A stretch of DNA of 64,000 bases from assembly GCA_951406725.2 (NCBI GenBank), contig OX597814.1:80600001-80664000 (forward strand), in the 5' to 3' direction. Each line of letters starts with the position of its first letter. Within the stretch, counting starts at the first letter, position 1. Source of the stretch: Octopus vulgaris. Taxonomy: Eukaryota. Shown here piece after piece: positions 1 through 12,089 of the stretch. The position numbers and the translations under genes are program-made. The notes beneath the pieces are model-generated. The model was not told the DNA's origin. It saw only the letters and a list, made by a program, of their open reading frames with translations, and searched no databases.

Positions 1-402
1 CTGCTTCTGTCTCTTTGTCGCTTTGTCACACTCTAACTTTCATCCTCTGACACAAACGCCCTGCTCCTCTCATAATTCCTTGTCTTGTGAGTTACTTGGT
101 TACACTGCCAGTGCTGGTGCCACATTAAAAGCATCCAGTCCCCACTGTAACATGGTTAGCATCTGGAAGGGCATCCAGCAGTAAAAATCTTGCCAAAACT
201 AACTTCGCCTGTGCTAGTACCACATAAAAAGCATTGAGGCCACTCTGTGAACTGGTTGGTGTTAGGAAGGGCATCCAGCTGTAAAATCCCTGCCAAAACA
301 GACACAGTAGCCTTGAGTAGATTTTCTACTTGGCCAGCTCCTGTCAGCCATCCTACCCATGCATGCATGGAAGATGAACTTTAAATGATGATGATGATGA
401 TC
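1..402 (+). mobile_element. RTE LINE 3' UTR/tail fragment
   Basis: ttaggaagggcatccagctgta...cccatgcatgcatggaa...aaatgatgatgatg, the same 3' end as the RTE copy at 24176-26040. Confidence 0.75.
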
Positions 403-489
403 AGGGATTAATTTTGAAAGAATTTTGAATGCATCAGTAATCCAAACTATTAATATAAGAAAAATTAGAAAAGAAGCAAATAAAATGTT

Positions 490-660
490 TAGTGGCATTT
501 CATGTCCTAACCGCTGGACTTCAAATTCTACCAAGGTCGACTTTGCTTTCCATTCTTTTTGGTAGTCATAAATTAAATACCAGTTAAACAATAGAGTCGA
601 TGTAATTGACTTAGCCTTCCTCTGAAATTGCTGGCTTTGAGCCAAAATTTGAAACCGATA
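490..660 (+). mobile_element. SINE fragment (Meta-domain-like family)
   Basis: ttcaaattctaccaaggtcgactttgctttccattc is shared with copies at 12962, 32480, 33425, 44355 and 61545. Confidence 0.65.
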
Positions 661-689
661 TAAGAAGAATAAGAATCTATTTCACCATC

Positions 690-1290
690 AAAATACTTTT
701 GAGCTAATACTGACGTCAATGGAGTCTTCTGTTTCTAGCAGTGTGATGTTTTCACTCATATTCTCAAAAATGTCGTAATGACCCACCTTCAGTTTTACCT
801 TCCACAACTCAAGTTTCATCTGGAATAATTTTAATTTGTTAACAAAGAGTATAACAGTCACTAAGTTCCTGAAATAACTTGTTGGTTGTATTAAGTTTTA
901 AGAAAATATCATTCAAGGTTAGCTTTACCTTCTAATTGTTATCAGAAAGTTTAATTACTTTATATTGCGGCATTCTCAAAAAGTATTTTGTCATTTTTTA
1001 TCACAGCAACTCATGCTACTGTATTACCCCTTGAAAAATCGTCTCCCTTATGTGGTAACTAAAGTGTCTTTCCCTCTGTATTTCATTTTTGATATAAGAA
1101 ATGCTGTATCCTTGTGTCCAGATGAAGAGATTTGAGTAAAGTTCACTATGGCTACAGTATCATCAAGAAAGAATTTGAGTGTCAGATGCAGTGTCTTTGT
1201 ATACAATGCATATCTATGAATTTGACAGTATATGTTCTTTACAACAGGCTTAACTTTTGACATTCTTACTAAGAACAACGTAGTATTGCA
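690..1290 (-). pseudogene. Decayed hAT (Buster/Charlie-like) transposase fragment
   Basis: YCQIHRYALYTKTL..LKFFLDDTVAIVNF matches the hAT CxxH motif region; downstream KLELWKVKL..YDIF; frameshifted. Confidence 0.65.
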
Positions 1291-1434
1291 GGAACTTTAT
1301 CAGCTTTTCACCTGACTGACAGTTTTCTATGAAAGACTGACTTTAACAATAAACTTAACGATACAACTTCATATATATATCTTCTTTCTTTCTCCTCTCC
1401 ATGCCTCATAAAACAAGAATTCTTTTTCACAATA

Positions 1435-1487
<53 letters not shown>

Positions 1488-1489
<2 letters not shown>

Positions 1490-4400
1490 TCATCATCATC
1501 ATCATAATCGTTTAAAATCTGCTTTCCATGCTGACATGGGTTGGATGGTTTGTCTGAGGACTAGCAAGACAGGACGTTGCAACAAGCTCCAGTCTGTTCT
1601 GGCAAGATTTCTACAGCTGGAAGCCCTTCCTAGCACCAACCACTGTGTGAGTGTAGTGGGTGCTTTTTATGTGCCACTGGCAGGGGGCCAGTCAGGAAGC
1701 ACTGGCATCAACCACGCTTGAATGGTGCTTTTTACATACCACCAGCATGGGCACCAGTCAGGCGGCACTGGCATCAGCCACAACAACGATATCACTTGAC
1801 TCAACAGGTCTTCTGAAGCACAGCGTATTGCCTGACGATTGAAGGGCACTTTTAAATGGGCCGGTTATGTGACACTGGCATTGGCCACAGCTACAATCTC
1901 ACTTGGCTTGCTGGGTCTTCTCAAGCACAGCATATCTCCAAAGACTTCAGTCACTTGTCATTGCCACTGTGAGGCCCAATGTTTGAAGGTCATGCTTCGC
2001 CATTCACCCCATGTCTTCCTGGGTCTACCTCTTTCCCTGGTACCCTCGACTGTTAGGATGTGACACTTCTTCACACTGCTGTCCTCATCTTTACACAACA
2101 CATGACCATACCAGCACAGTCGTCTCTCTTGCACACTACATCTGAGGCTTCTTATGTCCAACTCTCTTCTCAAAGTGCTTACACTCTGTCAGGTGTGCTC
2201 ACTGACATTACACATCCAACGGGGCATACTAGCTTCATTTCTTTCAACCCTACACATGTCCTCAGCAGTTACAGTCCGTGTTTCACTGCTGTTTGCTTAC
2301 ATGCATCAGTCTACCTTTCACTCTTTGCGAGAGGCTCTTTGTTACCAGCAGAGGTAGGAGCTCTCTGAATTTTGCCCAGGCACTTATTATTCTAACAAAT
2401 ACACTCTCATAGCATCCACCCCTGCTACTGACTGGGTTACCTAGGTAATGGAAGCTATCAACTACTAGTTATTTCTACTGGCATGTGATGGAATCTGTTT
2501 TCTGCACATTTTCAGTGTTTATTGCCCCTGAGCATTTGCCACACACACAAACTATCTTCCCAATTAACCTTCCTTCGGTATTGCTGCACCATTTATGTGT
2601 CCATAGCTTACACCTGGTACATCTTATGGAGTTTCTACCTATGCCTTTCCTACAGATCAAGCAGGGCCAGCTACCTGAAGGGATTTGTGATGTCTGCCTT
2701 CCTACTTACTAAGACTTTGGTTTTTACTAGATTGATTCTAAGGCCCTTCGATTCTAGACCTTGCTTCCACACCTGAAGCTTCTTTTCTAGTTCTGGTAGT
2801 GATTCAACTATTAGAGCAAGGTCATCAGCATAGAGGAGCTCCGAGAGGCAGCCCATCGTGAATTACTCTGTTATTGCCAGGAGGACTAAGATGAATAAAA
2901 GGGGGGACTGAGCAGTGATCCTTGGTGAACCCCTACTGCTACCTGGATTTCTTCACTATACTCATTGCCAAACCTCCCCTTACTGACAACATCTCAGTAA
3001 ATAGCTTGTACAGCTTTCATCAGCCACTCATCTATCCCTAGTTTCTGCATTAACCACCAGATAAGGGATTGGGGAACTGTCAATGAAAACCAAGTTCTAA
3101 GTTTTATCTTTGGCTAGGAATTTCTCCTGCAGATGCCTTACCAGAAATATAGCATCGTGGTGCTTTTCCCAGGGACAAACCCAAACTGCATCCCATCCAA
3201 ACTAACTCTCTCCCTAATTAGTTGGGCTATGACCCTCTCCATGACTTTCATCACCTGGTCCAACAGTTTGATACCTCTAATTATTCATATCTAATGCAAC
3301 ACCTTTACCTTTGTAGCACTTGACCGTGGCACCACTACACCAGTCATTGTGCATGACTCCTTTATGTATCACCTGATCAACTATACGGGCAACTACACTA
3401 TAGCCTACACTGCCAGATATCTTAAGCATTTTTGCAGTGATTCCTGATGGGCCAGGGATTTTCCCTGTCTTCATACCCTTAATTGCTTTGTCTACCGGAT
3501 AGCTGGTCCCTCTATAGGGACTCACTTTTGGCAGGCTCACTTTCTCCCATTCATTCTCTTCACTTAGCAACCTTTCATAGTTGTGTCTCCAAGTTTCTCT
3601 CTTTGCAGCTCATTAAATGCAAGTGAGCCATCATCCATGCAGATACATTTCTTTCCTATGACATCATAATTCTCTCTCACACACTGCCTTGCAATACAAA
3701 ACACTTGAAGTTTCTGGTTCTCATGACACAGAACATTGGTAAATGTTTTTCTTTGCTTCCTCTCTGGTTAATTAAACCTGTCTCCTAGCTTCTCTTCTGG
3801 CAATCTGATACAATTCCCTGCTACCACTGTTCTTCCAGTCCTTCCGTGCCAGTTTCTTTTTTCTAATGGCCCTGTCAACTACATTGTTCCACCACCTTAG
3901 GTCAAGAGGGGACCTTGCACCTACCATAGATCTGATCAGTTACCTTCAACAGGTTCTCCCATAGGAACCTCCAGTTGCCCCCACATTATGTGATGTTACA
4001 TCCTCCACTTCTTCATCAAAAGCTTCAAATAATGTTTCTAAATCTCTGTCCATTCTTTAAGCTTCCAGACCCTTCTTTTCCATGCTGGTCATCTTCTGGG
4101 CAGCCATTTAGCCCTGATCCGGAAGTCACCAGCTACTAAACTATGTTGTGGGGTGCATTCTTCACCTGGGAAGGTTTTGGCATTTATAAGTAGCCATCTT
4201 TCCAATTTTCTGGTGAGAATGTAGTAAATCTGACTAGTGTGCCCATCAGACTGGTAGGTGAAACAGTGACTGGCAGGTTTCCTGAAGTTAGTATTACAGA
4301 TCATAAGATCATTTGCATCACAGAACACCAGCAGCCTGGTTCCTTCCTCACTGTGGGAACCAAATCCATAGCCACCATGTACACCATGGAAGCTCCCTGG

Positions 4401-5300
4401 ATGTTGTCCAACATGCCCATTGAAGTCGCCAGCCACAAAGAGAAGGTCCCTATCATTTGTTGATGAGGTAGTCTGCAAGAGGGTGTCATAAAATCAGCCT
4501 TTCTATTCATCAGGGAGCTCTGGCTGAGGGACATAAGCCAAGATAATGGTTGCTTATCCATGTTGCAGTACTAGTCCAAGCTTAAGTATTCAATCACAGA
4601 CTCTGACTACCTCAGTTACCTTATCAACTCATTTCTCCATAAGGAGTATACCCACAGCCCCAAACCCATCAGTGTTCCCTACCCAGAAAATCTTATACCT
4701 ATGTTCTTTGCCTGTGAGAAATCTAGCAGAACTTCCTCTCCACCTTACTTCTTGGATGCAGCACAAATCTACACACCTCCATTCAAAAATCTCAACAATC
4801 TCACCAAACCTACCTTTCAATGTGCCAACATTAAGTGTGCCAACTCTGAAGACATCGAAGGTGTGGGCCAGTGAGACCCTGAGATAGGGGACAGTAACAT
4901 CATGCATCTGAAAGAAAGCTCACATTTGGCAGATCTCATAAACATACAAATAGCCTTCAACCTGCATACACCACACCATCATTCTATTCACTACATAATC
5001 GCTACATTCAACAAGAGATAGACACTAGGTAGGGATGGAAGGGGAAGAGAGGGGGAAGCGTTCTGTATAGTAAGCCATTAGAGATGCTCAGGAGAAAGAC
5101 ACCCGGTAGAGATCAGAGGATAAAAACTTCCAGTATAGGTGGTGCATGAACAGTAAAGCACTGTGGCTGCCCTATTCCTAGCAGAAGCCAATGTGCATAG
5201 CCACAGACAAAGTGAGCTACTAATCAACAGTCGACATGGGAAGAGCAAGTGGTTAACAAAACTGAGAGAGAGAGAGAGAGTCCGAAATTAAGGCTGGTCG
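1488..5300 (-). mobile_element. Near full-length, decayed RTE-clade LINE (APE endonuclease + RT)
   Basis: APE motifs GTLNVGTL, CCIQEVRWRG, VAGDFNGHVG; RT LLYADDLALI; C-terminal RLCWYGHV, RGRPRKTW; (GAT)n tail at 1488; many stops and frameshifts; 5' end approximate. Confidence 0.9.
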
Positions 5301-5904
5301 AAAACAAAACATGAAGAGATGGAATTTTCGAGATTTTGAGCAAGAGTAAACAGGATTGAACAGTTGGATTTCTTAACTTCACTTTAACAATAATAATTAT
5401 TATAAAGAGCACTATAGAGTGAAACAGAATTGAACATTGCATTCTTAACTTTAATTATAGCTATAGCTATAGCCTTCAGTATGTAGAACAATAATAATAG
5501 TTATGATGAGCGTTAAAGTGAGAGAGAATTGAATTAAACATAGGGTTTCTTAAGTTTATTATAAAACTGTTTATTATGAAACTGTGTGGGTGCATAGATA
5601 AATTAATGAATAATAATAATAATTATAATTTGTGCTGTAAAATGAGGTTTAGAGGTATGCTAGGTTGGAAACAAGAGTTGTTTATTTGAACATTTTGTCT
5701 TTCTGTGATTTCCTCCCCAAGCATTGTAGTTCACTGCTACTACATAAGACAAGGGAATTTTAAACCTACCATAACTGACATTTCCAGTTTTTCTTCTGAA
5801 GATGGGCCTTGTACCTGCAATATAAAGGTTTTATAAAACTTACCACATTCTCAGAAGCTTTCTATTTTCTCTCTTTTTACCTTCTTCGATATGTATATCT
5901 TGCA

Positions 5905-6200
5905 AGATTATGATTTCAAATCCCAGAATGATGGCATGTTGTGTTCTGAAGCAAAAGTACTGCATTTCAAGTTATTCCAGTCTACTCAGCTGTAAATGTG
6001 TAACCCTACAATGAACTGGCATTTTGTTCAGGGGGGATGTTGTCCTGTCCACCTAGCCAGTGGGGTGGCATCATTTGAGAGCTACAAGAATGTGAAGAAG
6101 CGGACTGTGACCAGCAGTGTATTCACTCGGCTGGACAAAAGAGTGATACAGGGATTCAGTAATATATCTTGCATATATAAGCAGCTGGACATCAGATGAG
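5905..6200 (+). mobile_element. Decayed tRNA-derived SINE
   Basis: B-box-like atttcaaatccc followed by ttgtgttctgaagcaa...ccagtctactcagctgtaaa; related to 32835-33150. Confidence 0.5.
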
Positions 6201-6770
6201 ATTTCTGTGGACTCATCAATTTAGGTAATAAAGATGCATAGCAATGACTTTTTGATTTCCAAAATTACCCTATTTTATCTCATATTAGGTTAGGTGTCTT
6301 TAGATGGACAGTATCATATAACAGTAGCAAAATATTCAATTTCTTTGCTGCATTATTTTCGTATTTCTGAGGTGATAAAATCAGACTTCTCAAATATAGT
6401 AGCCTTGAGAGGTTAGAAATTCAGGTCAATTCTATCTGCTGACCTTCAAATCCAGGTCACTCATAGCCACTCCAGTTCACTGGTCTTATAAAGGCTGGAA
6501 GATCAAAGAATGCTTCAAACAATAAAAAGAGATAGTGAAAAACAGAATTTAAAATAAAAAGGTAATATGGTACAAGTTTCTGAGTATGTATGTCATGGAA
6601 GAGGTGGGTAGTGCCAGACCATTGTTCGATAATAAATTTTGAAGCAGTTTGACTCCAATCAACAAGAGCTAAAGACATCAACAAACATCCAAAGACTTCT
6701 AAATTCTTTACAATGATGAAAATAGTTTGTATTATTGATTCCTATTTCCAGATAAAACTTTAATAAAAAA

Positions 6771-6773
<3 letters not shown>

Positions 6774-6838
<65 letters not shown>

Positions 6839-7020
6839 ACACATACACAAATAAATGTATACACATATGTACTCACATACACATACATAAATACATATGC
6901 CTAAGCACATGCATATACATATATATATGTGCATGCATATACATACATACATACATACAAGGATATATATCTATATAAGTTCATGTTCGTATGTGTTTTG
7001 CACTCATGCATGCACGTGTG

Positions 7021-7056
<36 letters not shown>

Positions 7057-7180
7057 TATGCATGTACATTTATGTATATGCTTTTGCTGCTTCTATGGGA
7101 AGAGAAAGAGAGAAGTAGATAGAAAGATGAATATATACACATATGTGCATATATAAATGTATGTATGTATATGTATATAT

Positions 7181-7220
<40 letters not shown>

Positions 7221-7355
7221 ATATGTACACACATATATATATACATATATGTATATAAATATATATACATACACACACACACACACACATATATGCATAT
7301 AATAGGAATGTGCAGATGTGTATGTATGTGTGCATGTAGAAGAAGAAGAAGAAAT
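6774..7355. repeat. (CA)n/(TA)n/(TG)n microsatellite block
   Basis: Directly visible dinucleotide runs. Confidence 0.9.
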
Positions 7356-7749
7356 GAAGAGATGAGGAAATTAATAAGGAATCGGAAAGAAAGTAAAAAG
7401 AGATAAAATTCTAACAAAATAAACAAATAAAACAGAGAAAACTATAAATGATGCAAGAAAAGAGGAAAGAAAAGGTTGATGCAATAAAGTTTAGGCAAAA
7501 TGTTCAAAGAACAGCAATTATTTCCAAGGTCGGTAAAGAATAAATAAGCAAATAGCCCAAAGAAAATGTCGATCTGTAATTAAAAAATAACTAAGCAAAT
7601 GTTTGGCCTTGCCATCATACATGCTGCTTATTTTAGCAAAATCAAGAGTATAAGGAAATTTTATTGGAAAGGAAATATATAAATACCAGAAAATCAAATT
7701 AAAAGGCCATCTGTATAAATACACGTATGTATTTATATGTATATACATA

Positions 7750-8180
7750 TACATCATCATCATCGTCATCAATATTTAATGTCTGTTTTCCATGCTGGCA
7801 TGGGTTGCATGGCTCAACAGAAACACACAAGGACAAGTGCCACACCAGGTTCCATTGTCTGTTTTGGCCTGGTTTCTATGGCTGGATGTCCTTTCTAACA
7901 CCAACCATTTTACAGAGGATATTGGGTATCTTTTACATGGCACCATCACCAGTGCTTTTTATGTGACACCAGCATCCACACCAATACTTTTTACATAGCA
8001 CCGTTTTAGGATCACAATTCTGTCATGGTGGGTGGGTCTTCTTGAGTATAGCAATGCACCTCATTTCTCAATTCTCTGTCGTCTCCTTTGCAAGATCAGT
8101 ATTTTGAGATCAGCCTTCAATACTTTGTACTATGTCTTCTAGGACTCCCTTTTCTACAACTTCCCTCCACTTTCAGCGAC
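7750..8180 (-). mobile_element. Old RTE 3' end fragment
   Basis: catcatcat...tttccatgctggcatgggttg...ctggatgtcctttctaac, the reverse complement of the RTE tail. Confidence 0.65.
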
Positions 8181-8640
8181 TGGCACTTCAAAGTGATCAG
8201 CACATTTATATTCATACATATATATATATATATATAAATATATATATCATTATTATCATCATCATCATCATCATTTTAACACACACTTTTCCATGCTTGT
8301 ATAGGTCAGATAGAATTTATTGAGGCAGAATTTCTTCAGCCACATGCCCTTTCTGTCCCCAACCCTCACCTGTTTACAAGCAAGGTAATATTAATGTTTT
8401 TGCAGAATAATGGGAGACACAAAAATACATGAAATCAGACTCATACACACACACACACACACACACTCACACACACACACACGTATATATATATACACAC
8501 ACACATGACAGATTTCCATTTACCAAATCTGTTTGCAAGACCTTAGTCAGGCGAAAGATTATAGTAGGAGAGACTTGCCTAAGGTGCCATGTAGTTTGGG
8601 AGCAAACTTCTTAACCACACAACTACACCTGCACCTATAA

Positions 8641-8717
<77 letters not shown>

Positions 8718-8769
8718 GACAGTGGTTCATATATCTGAAAACGAATCACACCCTAAAAGTTAGCACTGT

Positions 8770-9360
8770 AATGTATTTACATGGAGTTAAATGTATACCC
8801 AGTCATAGAATGACCAATGGTTTCACATTCATTAAGTGCTTAGCTTTATAGATGACACATCAGACTCCAATGGTCACAGACATATATGGTTTAAAGCAGG
8901 CCTGGCCAACTTGAATTACATTACAGGTCACTTTAATCACAAAAAGTTTTTTGAGGGCTGCCTGTGTACTGACAGAATTGAAAGCATTTTTCTTTCTCAT
9001 GCTATTATTACAATAGTGAATGAATGATCGTTGATTCAACATGAAATATTATAGTTTCAAAAATAGTAGTATCTTTCTTTTTTACTTTACATTACAATCT
9101 TTAATTTTTGATAAAATTTTGAAAATGTTTGTTTCAATAAACCCATTTCAAGAAAATATCAAGCTGGCTGCAAGATAAAAGTCTGTGAACCGCATGCAGC
9201 CTGCGTGCCTCAGGTTGGCTAGTCCTGCTTTAAAGAATGCTTATATGCCCACAGCCATTGCAGTCTGGCAAGTTTTCTATAAAGCTAAGTGCATTATGGA
9301 TGCAAATATATGTCTGGTCACTCTATGACCAGACATATATTTAACTTCATGTAAATATAT
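8770..9360. mobile_element. Palindromic element: two inverted ~120-bp arms, each carrying a decayed hammerhead ribozyme (PLE pLTR-like)
   Basis: 8770-8888 aligns to the reverse complement of 9240-9360; a third copy of the arm lies at 56706-56795. Confidence 0.75.
8897..9227. mobile_element. hAT MITE nested in the centre of the palindromic element
   Basis: TIRs CAGGCCTGGCCAACTTG / CAGGTTGGCTAGTCCTG; 8-bp TSD gtttaaag/ctttaaag. Confidence 0.85.
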
Positions 9361-9399
9361 ATTTCGTATTATTCTAAGAAGCAGTGCATAGTACCAGAA

Positions 9400-10720
9400 T
9401 TTTCTACATAAGTCAAATATAACAGACTACTCCAAATCATTGTTAGCATATCTGCATATTTTGAATTGCTTTAACAGAGGAAGGTCTTACATAATGGATG
9501 CATTTCCTGTTCTGCATTACACAGACCTGAAATGTACATATTACAGAGTTTCAAAATATCACTATTCAGTTTGACTTCATTATTATAACTTATATATCTT
9601 TATGCACACACACATATGCATATGTATCATATATAAGTATATGTATCTATCTGTATTATAACTGGCATTGTAGTGTAATTTGCACAGGAAACATAGCAAC
9701 ATTGTTTATTATAATTTGCAAATTTTATATGAATTCTGACTTTAGAAGACCATTCTTTCCTAGTGCTGTGACATCCAGTTTGCATCGTCTTAGAATGCTC
9801 ACAATAAAAACATTGAAGCTTTACATCATTGAACTGTTTATTATGTTCATCTGACCGCTTGCATATAGTAGATAATTCATTCTGTAAATTTGTTACTTCA
9901 TCCAGATTTTTGGTTACCTTTGATGTTTTGGTATCCTTAGAATAGATACAGAAAGTGGCTATTCTAATAACTAAGCGTATGCCTAAAAGAATTACTAACA
10001 ATTATACTGAGTCTACTAAAATAGCATCAGTAGACTCTCCTGAATTGCTAATTTTCTCAAGAGTATTGTTGGCTGTAGCTGCTGAAACTTTGTCATGCTC
10101 AAACTGATGCATGCATTTACAAACATTCACTTAGTATATATGAATATAAACAAACTAAAATTTGTATTTTTTATAAGCATCGAAATGTGTATTAAAAGAT
10201 ATGAATAAGATGATAATTATTTTCAAATGCATAGACACCATTAAAACAGCAGAAATATTGGGTTAATTACCCTTACAATGCAGAAAAATTTGTCAACAAA
10301 CAGCTTTGGGATGTGAACCCACATCTCTTGAAGACTCTGGCCTAGTGCTTTACCCATGACCATTTGTTGACAACATTTTTTTCTTTGTAAAGGTAATTTA
10401 CCCAATATTTCTGCTGTTCTAATGGCATCTCTGCATTCAAAACTAAATTATCATTTTGTATCTTACAGTTCACTTAATATTAAAGCTATAGCAAGTGAAC
10501 ATAGCGGTCATATATTATCTCAGATCAACTTTGCTGAGAGGTTTCACAAAATCCAAGTTTACAATGTTAACTTCTGACTGGTTGAGCAACTACTTCAACA
10601 TCCAGGTGTAATGCTGTAAAAGCCACATGAAGTAATTTCTAAATTGACAGAAAATATAATGAGGAACACTTAGCAAGTTGTATTCCCCTAAAACACTTAT
10701 TCAGTTATTTCTGATAATTT
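9400..10720 (-). pseudogene. Highly decayed CR1/L2/Jockey-type LINE RT fragment
   Basis: IYSKDTK..NLQNELSTICKRSDEHNKQFNDVKLQ resembles YADDTK..LQxDL..W..NNMxFNxxK; LDFVK upstream; interrupted at 10220-10443. Confidence 0.5.
10220..10443. mobile_element. Foldback element with ~80-bp inverted arms and a tRNA-like central loop
   Basis: aacagcagaaatattgggttaattacc / ggtaatttacccaatatttctgctgtt; loop on the minus strand has ggtaaagcac and gggttcacatccc. Confidence 0.7.
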
Positions 10721-10724
10721 ATTC

Positions 10725-10921
10725 CATGGTTTTGCTGATGTATATTCCCTGCCTGCATGGGGCTCATGTTCATTGCAGGATTATTTATTTTTGCCAGCTG
10801 AATGGAAGCAATGTAAAATGAAGTCTTTTGTTTAAAACACAATGCATCACCTGGTCCAGGAATTGAAACCACGCTTTTATAATGATGTGTACAACAACCT
10901 AACCACTAAGCCATGTGCCTC
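10725..10921 (-). mobile_element. tRNA-derived SINE fragment
   Basis: Minus strand gaggcacatggcttagtggttagg...gtggtttcaattcctggacc (A and B boxes); relatives at 30880-31047 and 45090-45332. Confidence 0.65.
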
Positions 10922-11151
10922 TATCATTTCTGGAATACTCAGTCGTTTATATGCTAATTCAATGAGACTGATAGTTCAACTGATCAAACAATAGAAAACT
11001 TATGGTTAGAAAATCTGGTCAAGATCCATTAGTGATCTACATTGATGTGAGGGAAGGTCTTTATGTTCACTATGCAAAGCAACAGAGAACTCACATGGCA
11101 CTTCTACTTATATATACATCTGAGTTGTCCTTCATTCTAGTAAAGTATATA

Positions 11152-11199
<48 letters not shown>

Positions 11200-11293
11200 T
11201 AAATATATATATAATTGATAATATCAAGGTAATACAGATTTTAGAAATTTTTACTACCAGTGGCCTAGCGTATAGAAAAATTAGTCAACAGAC

Positions 11294-11549
11294 TATATAT
11301 TATTCATATAAAATACAGTGTACATTAAAACACATTAAGAGATTTCCATCATAGGAATCCCTTATGCTAGAAAGAACAGCTAAAGTCCAAACCACTAATT
11401 AGGGATAAATTCTTGAAGGGAATGCATCGAGAATTTATCCCTAATTAGTGGTTTGGACTTTAGCTGTTCTTTCTAGCGTAAGGGATTCCTATGATGGAAA
11501 CCTCTTAATTTGTTTAAATGTACACTGTATTTTATATGAATAATATATA
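11294..11549. repeat. Near-perfect long inverted repeat (~123-bp arms, 10-nt loop)
   Basis: 11294-11416 vs 11427-11549, about 5 mismatches by eye; embedded in (TA)n. Confidence 0.9.
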
Positions 11550-11726
11550 TATATATATGTATATGTATGCACACACACACACATATATACATATACCTAT
11601 ATATATATACATATATATATATATATACATACATATATATATGTCTATATACATGTGTGTGTATGTATGTATATATGTATATGTATATATGTGTATATAT
11701 CTGTGTGTGTGTGTGCATGTATGTAT

Positions 11727-11771
<45 letters not shown>

Positions 11772-12089
11772 ACCTGCTCTGCCCCACCTCCTTCCTAGTA
11801 ATCCCATTGTCCCCTAGCATGAAGCCTGTCCTACCCCCACCCACCCTAGAGATCATAGTCCTGCAAACTGTGTGACTACAACAACAATGCAGGTGGCCTG
11901 AAAAGAAAAGCACCCAGTACACTTTGTAAAGTGATTAGCATTAGGAAGAGCATCCAGCTGTAGAAATCATGCCAAAGCAGACAGAGCTTGATCCAGCACT
12001 TGGACACATCAGTTCCTGTTGAATCATCCAACCCATGCCAACATAAAACATGAACATTAAATGATCATGATGAAATATATACATAAATA

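Noticed and set aside
5790-5860. CTGAAGA followed by a weak stem, a possible hammerhead
   Set aside because: No GAAA and no convincing stem I or III
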